In this document: one piece after another, positions 60,901-64,000 of the stretch
Layout: each line of letters begins with the position of its first letter
Position numbering within the stretch: position 1 is the stretch's first letter
DNA from: Bacteroidales bacterium
Lineage (GTDB): Bacteria; Bacteroidota; Bacteroidia; Bacteroidales; GWF2-38-335
Reading direction: 5' to 3'
Assembly: GCA_016936815.1 (NCBI GenBank)
Contig: JAFGXD010000029.1
Coordinates: 482 to 64,481 of the forward strand
Length of the DNA: 64,000 nt
The notes under the pieces: generated by a model
What the model saw: only the letters and a program-made list of their open reading frames with translations
What the model was told of the DNA's origin: nothing
Databases searched by the model: none
Position numbers and translations under genes: made by a program

Positions 60901-63900
60901 TACTGTTACAAAATATGTTCCTTCACAGAGAGCAGTTAAATCTTCAGTGGTTTCAAAGTTCGACCATACGAAACCATAAGGAATTGTTCCTCCTGAAACG
61001 GTTAGGTCAATTTCACCGGTACATTCACCATTACAGAGTATATCTGTACCGGTTAGACTTATTATTAATTCATCAGGTTCAGTAATTTCAATACTTCCAA
61101 GTAGTTGACAACCATTTAGGTCTGTTACGGTAACAAAATGAGTGTTTGCATCTAAATTAATGGCTGTTTGTGTTATTTGTGAACTTGCCGACACACTCCA
61201 AAGGTATGTATAACCGCCTGCTCCACCTGTAATTTCCACGGTTGCTTGTCCTAATGAATTGCCAAAACAAGGGTTATTCTGAACATCAATAAAGGATAAA
61301 GTTCCGGCATCTTCATCGGTAACAATGTATGCTTCTGTAATTGAACAGCCTGTTGCATCGGTTATTTCAACATCATAAGTCCCGGCAGGCAGGTCAGAAT
61401 AGGTATCTGTTCCATCACCTGTAAATCCATCGGGCGACCAATCGTACGAATAGCCTCCTGCACCTCCGGAAACTGTTAGTGCCACGGAACCATCTGATAA
61501 GGTACAATGCGAGTTGACAATCGTAGCATTCGCTGAAATTGCTGTTGGTTCATTTATTGTGTACGAATCGCTTGCTGTACAACCATTGTCATCTGTTACG
61601 GTAACTGTATATGTTCCTGCAATTAAACCAACTAAGTCCTCAGTAAGTATTCCACTCGACCATTCAAAACTTAAAGGCAGAGTTCCTCCTGAAACACTTA
61701 AGTCAATAGTACCGTCATTTTCCCCGTTACAACTCGCATCCGTACCTGTTAATGATAGTGTAATTGGGGCAAGAGGTTCATTTACAATAAAGTCTGTGGT
61801 GTTTGTACATCCATTGTCATCAGTTATTGTAACTGAATAAGTATTAGCACAAAGACCTGAAATATCTTCAGAAAGATAGCCGCCTGTCCAAGCAAACGAG
61901 TAAGGAATTGTTCCTCCAATTACCGAAAGATCAATTTCACCATTGCAATCTCCAAAACATAAAACATCAGTTGTAACACCTGTTATTTCTATTGAATCAG
62001 GTTCTGTTATTTCAATATTTCCCGCGTAAACACATCCATTAATATCAGTTACCATGATGTTAACAAATCCGGCAGGCAAATCTGAATATGTATCAGTACC
62101 ATCTCCTGTAAATCCGTCGGGAGACCAATCGTATGTTGCAATTGCATCGCCTCCTGTAATTTGAACAGTTGCCGAGCCGTTTGTATTTCCAAAGCAGGTA
62201 TTATTAACAACATTAATAAAGGAAAGAGTTCCCGGTACTTCATCTGAAATTGGTATGCTTGCTGAAGCTGTACATCCTTCATTATCGGTTGTTGTAACGC
62301 TGTATAATCCTGCGGGAAGATTAGAATATGTTATTGTACCATCTCCGGTAAAGCCATCAGGACTCCAATCGTGGTTTGCATAAACTCCTGAACCTCCGGT
62401 AACTGCAATACTTATTGAACCATCAGCCAATCCGCAATGTGGGTTAGTAATACTTGGTGTAATAATAATTTCGGTAGGTTCAGTAATTGTTTCTGAATCA
62501 CTTGCCGTACAGCCATTTACATCTTCTACAGTTACAAAGTATGTTCCGGGAGCAAGTCCTGAAATATCTTCTGTTGAAAGTCCTCCTGTCCAGCTATAGG
62601 TGTAAGGTAAAGTTCCGTTTGAAACAGTCATGTCAATTGCTCCATCGTTCTCTCCAAAACAACTTACATTAGAAACAACGAAAGAAAGGTTTATTCCTGT
62701 GGCAGGCTCATTTACCACAAATGCATCTGTGTTAGTACAACCATTTGCGTCGGTTACAACAACAGAATATGTATTAGCTGAAAGAAATTCAATATCTTCA
62801 ATCAACTGTCCACCCGACCACAAGTATGTGTATGGTGAAGTTCCTCCAATAACTGTTAAATAGATTTCTCCATCGCTACCTCCTAAACAAGTTACGTCTG
62901 TAATAGCTGCTGTCATTTCTATTGAATCCGGTTCAGTAATTGTCTCACAACCTGTAGATAAACAACCGCTTGCATCGGTAACTGTTACGCAGATAATTCC
63001 TGCCGGGAGATTGGTTTCCAGTTGGTTAGTACCGCCCGATGACCATAAATATGTAAAAGGTGCAGTTCCTCCTGTCATTTGAGCAAAGGCCTGTCCGTTA
63101 GATTCTCCAAAACAGTTATTATTAACTATGTTTATTATTGCTACAGTTCCGGCATCTTCGTCGGTTATTGCATAAGTTTCTGTTTCGGAACATCCTTGGT
63201 CGTCTGTAACGGTTACAGAGTAAGAGCCTGCTACTAAGCCTGTGTAATTGGTTCCGTCCCATGCGCCGGTATTTGGATTCCAGACAAAGCTATTGTTACC
63301 ATTTCCTCCGGTTATTACAAGAGATATTTGTCCATCTGCCAGTAAACAATGAGAATTTGTTATGGTTTCGGTAATAACAATAGGATTTGGTTCAGTAATG
63401 TCAATGTCATCTGTTTCTCTACAACCATTGGCATCTGTTACTGTAACAGAATAATTATTTGGTGCAAGTCCTGTAATGTCTTCCGAACTTGCTGAGTTTG
63501 ACCATAAGTAAGTGTAGCCGGGTGTACCTCCATTTACTGTCAAATCAATTTCTCCATCATTTTCTCCATTACAAGTAATATCTGTAGCTGCAAGACCTAT
63601 TACAAGAGGGTTGGCCGGTTCAGTTATTGAATAGTTTGCAGTTGTTGAACAACCATTTACATCAGTTATTGTAACAACTCCATTTCCTGCACAAAGACCT
63701 GTAGCAGGGTTGGTAGTTTCACCATTACCCCAATCGTAAGAATAAGGAATTGTTCCACCGGCAACATTCAAGGTAGCAGTTCCTGTACATTCGCCAAAAC
63801 AAAGCACGTCTGTAAAGGCTGAAATATTTGCAAGCAAAGGAGCAGGTTCGGTTAAAGTTACGCTGAAAGTTTGGGTACAATTATTTGCATCTGTAACCGT

Positions 63901-64000
63901 TACTCCTGTAACTCCATCGCAAAGAGCTGTTGCAGGGTTTGTAGTTTCGCCATTTTCCCAAAGATAAGTGTAAGGAGCCGTTCCGCCCGAAACATCCAAA
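57997..64000 (-). CDS. SprB-repeat adhesin-like protein with T9SS type B CTD (5' end outside the window)
   Basis: More than 20 C.G..DG.I.L.V.GGT.PY.Y.W...V.VTD.NGC repeats; PTGISPNGDNLND...IYNRWGE CTD. Confidence 0.93.
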   Translation of the reverse strand, partial: LDVSGGTAPYTYLWENGETTNPATALCDGVTGVTVTDANNCTQTFSVTLTEPAPLLANISAFTDVLCFGECTGTATLNVAGGTIPYSYDWGNGETTNPATGLCAGNGVVTITDVNGCSTTANYSITEPANPLVIGLAATDITCNGENDGEIDLTVNGGTPGYTYLWSNSASSEDITGLAPNNYSVTVTDANGCRETDDIDITEPNPIVITETITNSHCLLADGQISLVITGGNGNNSFVWNPNTGAWDGTNYTGLVAGSYSVTVTDDQGCSETETYAITDEDAGTVAIINIVNNNCFGESNGQAFAQMTGGTAPFTYLWSSGGTNQLETNLPAGIICVTVTDASGCLSTGCETITEPDSIEMTAAITDVTCLGGSDGEIYLTVIGGTSPYTYLWSGGQLIEDIEFLSANTYSVVVTDANGCTNTDAFVVNEPATGINLSFVVSNVSCFGENDGAIDMTVSNGTLPYTYSWTGGLSTEDISGLAPGTYFVTVEDVNGCTASDSETITEPTEIIITPSITNPHCGLADGSISIAVTGGSGVYANHDWSPDGFTGDGTITYSNLPAGLYSVTTTDNEGCTASASIPISDEVPGTLSFINVVNNTCFGNTNGSATVQITGGDAIATYDWSPDGFTGDGTDTYSDLPAGFVNIMVTDINGCVYAGNIEITEPDSIEITGVTTDVLCFGDCNGEIDLSVIGGTIPYSFAWTGGYLSEDISGLCANTYSVTITDDNGCTNTTDFIVNEPLAPITLSLTGTDASCNGENDGTIDLSVSGGTLPLSFEWSSGILTEDLVGLIAGTYTVTVTDDNGCTASDSYTINEPTAISANATIVNSHCTLSDGSVALTVSGGAGGYSYDWSPDGFTGDGTDTYSDLPAGTYDVEITDATGCSITEAYIVTDEDAGTLSFIDVQNNPCFGNSLGQATVEITGGAGGYTYLWSVSASSQITQTAINLDANTHFVTVTDLNGCQLLGSIEITEPDELIISLTGTDILCNGECTGEIDLTVSGGTIPYGFVWSNFETTEDLTALCEGTYFVTVTDDNSCEASDNITISQPPLPIDIVLTGTDVNCFGGNDGAIDMTVSGGTAPYTFEWSNTELTEDISGLIAGIYNVTVTDANGCTAEDSYTINQPDSIEITFTISPSHCGIADGSVVAAVVGGTTAYSYDWSPDGFTGDGTDTYSDLSFGNYTIVITDANGCTASDIASVSDADVGTLNFDSIPASCYGICDGEATVNIIGGDAAASWAWGDGQNTQTATGLCAGIASVVVTDINGCGLAGTVEITQPDSIEMIFNVTNVVCFGETNGEIDLEVSGGTVPYTYSWSNTLTDEDLTGLSAGPFTVTVTDANGCTNTDGTIINEPLSPLSLVISGTTTNCYGDSTGTATATPSGGVPNYHYLWSNGDTLQTATGLPAGTHTVTVTDDYGCTIADSYTVIQPDSLYATFTDTVQVFCDGLCTGSATVTPVGGTPPYIYIWEDGQTDSTAIGLCAGIFCVTVIDANLCEFFSCIEITDTSNLLLTITDTLHPQCAGDCNGSLVAVVTGGTTPYTIEWSTGQIVNGEVSDTLVNLCPGTYYVTVYDINTCSREAMVDIIEPDTLFVNFTDSISPLCADSCNGMLTVTPIGGVSPYNYLWTTGGVDSTEINLCPGYVEVEVSDANGCIRNLNYTVSSPDPLDANFVVDTALCSNNSFDASINVLVTGGTAPYTYLWSNDSTSQSIDSLESGTYYITIIDANGCSMEDSVSTGAGIVVDALALADTIICYGDSVQLFGYGGDSIYWAPAYGLSDSLIYDPWASPLTTTMYYFTAWDSTGSCFDVDSALVFVRPQIEVLAWATDSIVLLDYSTTLNIDNFGNDGLTFLWFYSDSVEYPGVIDDPTSMNPTVTPLVTTEFYLLTTSPDGCTRIDTVKVKVIPKIIFPTGISPNGDNLNDTWEIDYIGFFEQVHITIYNRWGEKLFEYAGSGAGYEQRSNQWDGTFNGKDLPVGTYYFTIDFYNEMGTKPVTGPITIIR

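Noticed and set aside
1-64000. rRNA, tRNA, IS/transposase, integrase, prophage, reverse transcriptase or CRISPR-Cas
   Set aside because: No such motifs were recognised in the ORFs or intergenic regions by inspection.

Overview
AT-rich chromosomal window from a Bacteroidota, probably Bacteroidales-like, bacterium. This is inferred from T9SS cargo proteins, a PorP/SprF gene, TAnnTTTG promoter boxes and the Bacteroidota-type glycogen operon. It holds about 38 genes. Housekeeping genes include metG, rpsF-rpsR-rplI, dnaX, pgeF, yraN, an LD-carboxypeptidase and a lipid A acyltransferase. A four-gene glycogen cluster ends in a GT3-GT35 fusion. Many T9SS-secreted surface proteins are present: a C10 protease, SprB-repeat adhesins and beta-propeller/FN3 proteins. 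I found no rRNA, tRNA, CRISPR array, transposase, integrase or reverse transcriptase. The most notable observations are: (1) a histidine ammonia-lyase-family enzyme whose MIO-forming triad is Ala-Cys-Gly instead of Ala-Ser-Gly, preceded by a short uORF and heptamer repeats; (2) a ~207-nt highly structured intergenic element at 7556-7762, upstream of an FGE/CLec-fold protein paired with a minimal T9SS protein; (3) an A10 slippage/frameshift site in dnaX with stops in both shifted frames; (4) a collapsed T9SS pseudogene; (5) direct and inverted repeats upstream of a probable GxxExxY gene at the window edge. All family assignments come from motif recognition by eye; no database searches were run.
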